Positions 63,146-64,000 of a stretch of DNA of 64,000 bases are shown piece by piece. The translations under genes were made by a program, and so were the position numbers. Below the pieces are notes generated by a model that worked only from the letters and a program-made list of their open reading frames with translations, was not told the DNA's origin and made no database searches. Numbering within the stretch: the stretch's first letter is position 1; each line of letters starts with the position of its first letter. This stretch comes from a virus (lineage: Duplodnaviria; Heunggongvirae; Uroviricota; Caudoviricetes): the IMG/VR virus record IMGVR_UViG_3300035698_032497; one strand, given 5' to 3'.

Positions 63146-63260
63146 TGGAGCTCTCCGTCGGAGCGAGAGACAAGACCCGATGGGGACGCCCTGACGGTTG
63201 AACTGTAGGGAGGACGTTATGCCTTTCGAGGGCCAATGTCGTCACCCATCCGGCAATCAT

Positions 63261-63350
63261 CGGGCAGTAGCGCAGCATGGTAGCGCACCAGTTCGGGGTA
63301 CTGGGGGTCGCGGCTCCTGCGGAGCGCGTTGAGTCCCGCCTGCCCGACCA
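63261..63350 (+). tRNA. tRNA-Pro(GGG)-like with unusual extra hairpin in the variable region
   Basis: Anticodon arm CCAGT-TCGGGGT-ACTGG, then a GCGGCTCC-TGC-GGAGCG hairpin before the T-arm. Confidence 0.4.
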
Positions 63351-63354
63351 TTTT

Positions 63355-63540
63355 TCAGATTGTGATGCGGATCCTCATCTGTTCGTCGGTGACGAGCAGA
63401 GATCTCTTCATGGCATCCGACTCACGATTCGCGGACAGCTCGATCTCTCGTATGACTCTCCGGCCGTCGTCGGATCGTAGCCAGGCGATGATGCGGTTCT
63501 CTGCCTCTTTGCGCTTCTCTTTGGTCATCACCATGACCAT
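63355..63540 (-). CDS. small basic/acidic protein encoded antisense within tRNA array 3
   Basis: MVMVMTKEKRKEAENRIIAWLRSDDGRRVIREIELSANRESDAMKRSLLVTDEQMRIRITI; GC-rich codon third positions; GAGGTG RBS. Confidence 0.35.
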   Translation of the reverse strand: MVMVMTKEKRKEAENRIIAWLRSDDGRRVIREIELSANRESDAMKRSLLVTDEQMRIRITI

Positions 63541-63552
63541 ACCACACACCTC

Positions 63553-63628
63553 GAGGGCATAGCTCAGCCGGTAGAGCACCAGAGTGCCACTCTGGATGTC
63601 ACGGGTTCGACCCCCGTTGCCCTCTCCA
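63553..63628 (+). tRNA. tRNA-Gly(GCC)
   Basis: Anticodon loop GTGCCAC. Confidence 0.85.
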
Positions 63629-63635
63629 TTTTCTC

Positions 63636-63712
63636 GCCCGCGTAGCTCAGTTTGGCAGAGCAGGGCTTTCGTAAAGCTCGGGTCAGCGGTTCGATTCCGC
63701 TCGTGGGCCCCA
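63636..63712 (+). tRNA. tRNA-Thr(CGT)
   Basis: Anticodon loop TTCGTAA. Confidence 0.85.
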
Positions 63713-63725
63713 TCTCTTTATCTTC

Positions 63726-63804
63726 GCCGCCGTAGCTCAGTTGGCATTAGAGCACGTCATTGGTAATGACGAGGTCACGGGTTCGAGTCCCGTCGGTGGC
63801 TCCA
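63726..63804 (+). tRNA. tRNA-Thr(GGT)
   Basis: Anticodon loop TTGGTAA. Confidence 0.85.
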
Positions 63805-63819
63805 CTTCACAACGATTAT

Positions 63820-63896
63820 GGTGGCCGTAGTTCAGCAGGTAGAACACCGGATTGTGGGTCCGGTTGTCGCGAGTTCGAGTCTCGTCGGTCACCCCA
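63820..63896 (+). tRNA. tRNA-His(GTG) with encoded G-1
   Basis: Anticodon loop TTGTGGG; extra 5' G; discriminator C. Confidence 0.85.
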
Positions 63897-63903
63897 TTTC
63901 AGT

Positions 63904-63979
63904 GCGTGAGTAGCTCAGTTGGTAGAGCCTCGGCCTTCCAAGCCGTTGGTCGCGAGTTCGAGTCTCGTCTCACGCTCCA
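63904..63979 (+). tRNA. tRNA-Gly(TCC)
   Basis: Anticodon loop CTTCCAA. Confidence 0.85.
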
Positions 63980-64000
63980 TCTCAGAGGTCCGGTCGTCTA

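Noticed and set aside
63218-63330. 36-codon ORF with GGGAGGA RBS overlapping tRNA-Pro(GGG)-like
   Set aside because: It runs through a tRNA gene on the same strand and is too short to assess. Probably fortuitous.

Overview
This 64-kb window has about 60–65% GC and reads as a slice of a large tailed-phage genome (a jumbo actinophage or prophage segment), not ordinary bacterial chromosome.

Recognisable phage-type genes:
- Replication/repair: DnaE (Pol III alpha), a RusA resolvase, a family-4 uracil-DNA glycosylase and a RecD/Dda-like helicase.
- Lysis cassette on the minus strand: an M15-peptidase endolysin plus holin-like genes.
- Anti-restriction genes: an NPPY N6-adenine methyltransferase, an ArdC-like protein and a small C5-cytosine methyltransferase.
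- A PTH2 peptidyl-tRNA hydrolase.
- An ImmA/IrrE-like HExxH peptidase.

tRNA content: three arrays with about 30 tRNA genes in total.

Unusual items:
- A TROVE/Ro60-like protein with a C-terminal vWA domain (48233..49951, minus) sits beside a tRNA-Val and two tRNA-like RNAs that look like bacterial Y RNAs.
- A second permuted tRNA-like element, closed by a 14-bp terminal helix, sits inside tRNA array 1 (27285..27442).
- A tRNA-Gln(UUG) gene is interrupted by a ~600-bp intron carrying an HNH endonuclease gene (57129..57804).
- A promoter/operator motif recurs about 18 times. It has a -35 TTGCYA/TTGACG, a 17-nt spacer, a -10 TAnnnT often with an extended TG, and an embedded palindrome GCYAC-N4-5-GTRGC.
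- At least four large proteins share a conserved 'W.DGW…(M)GHC(V/I)GG…FSLRD…G.PW' module.
- A small protein gene lies antisense within tRNA array 3 (63355..63540).
- Two tRNA-Ser pairs are duplicated around a CAACAGC heptad-repeat spacer.

No CRISPR array or integrase was seen.

Coordinates I derived by hand are accurate to within ±2 nt. The long antisense, low-complexity ORFs on the six-frame track are treated as high-GC artefacts.
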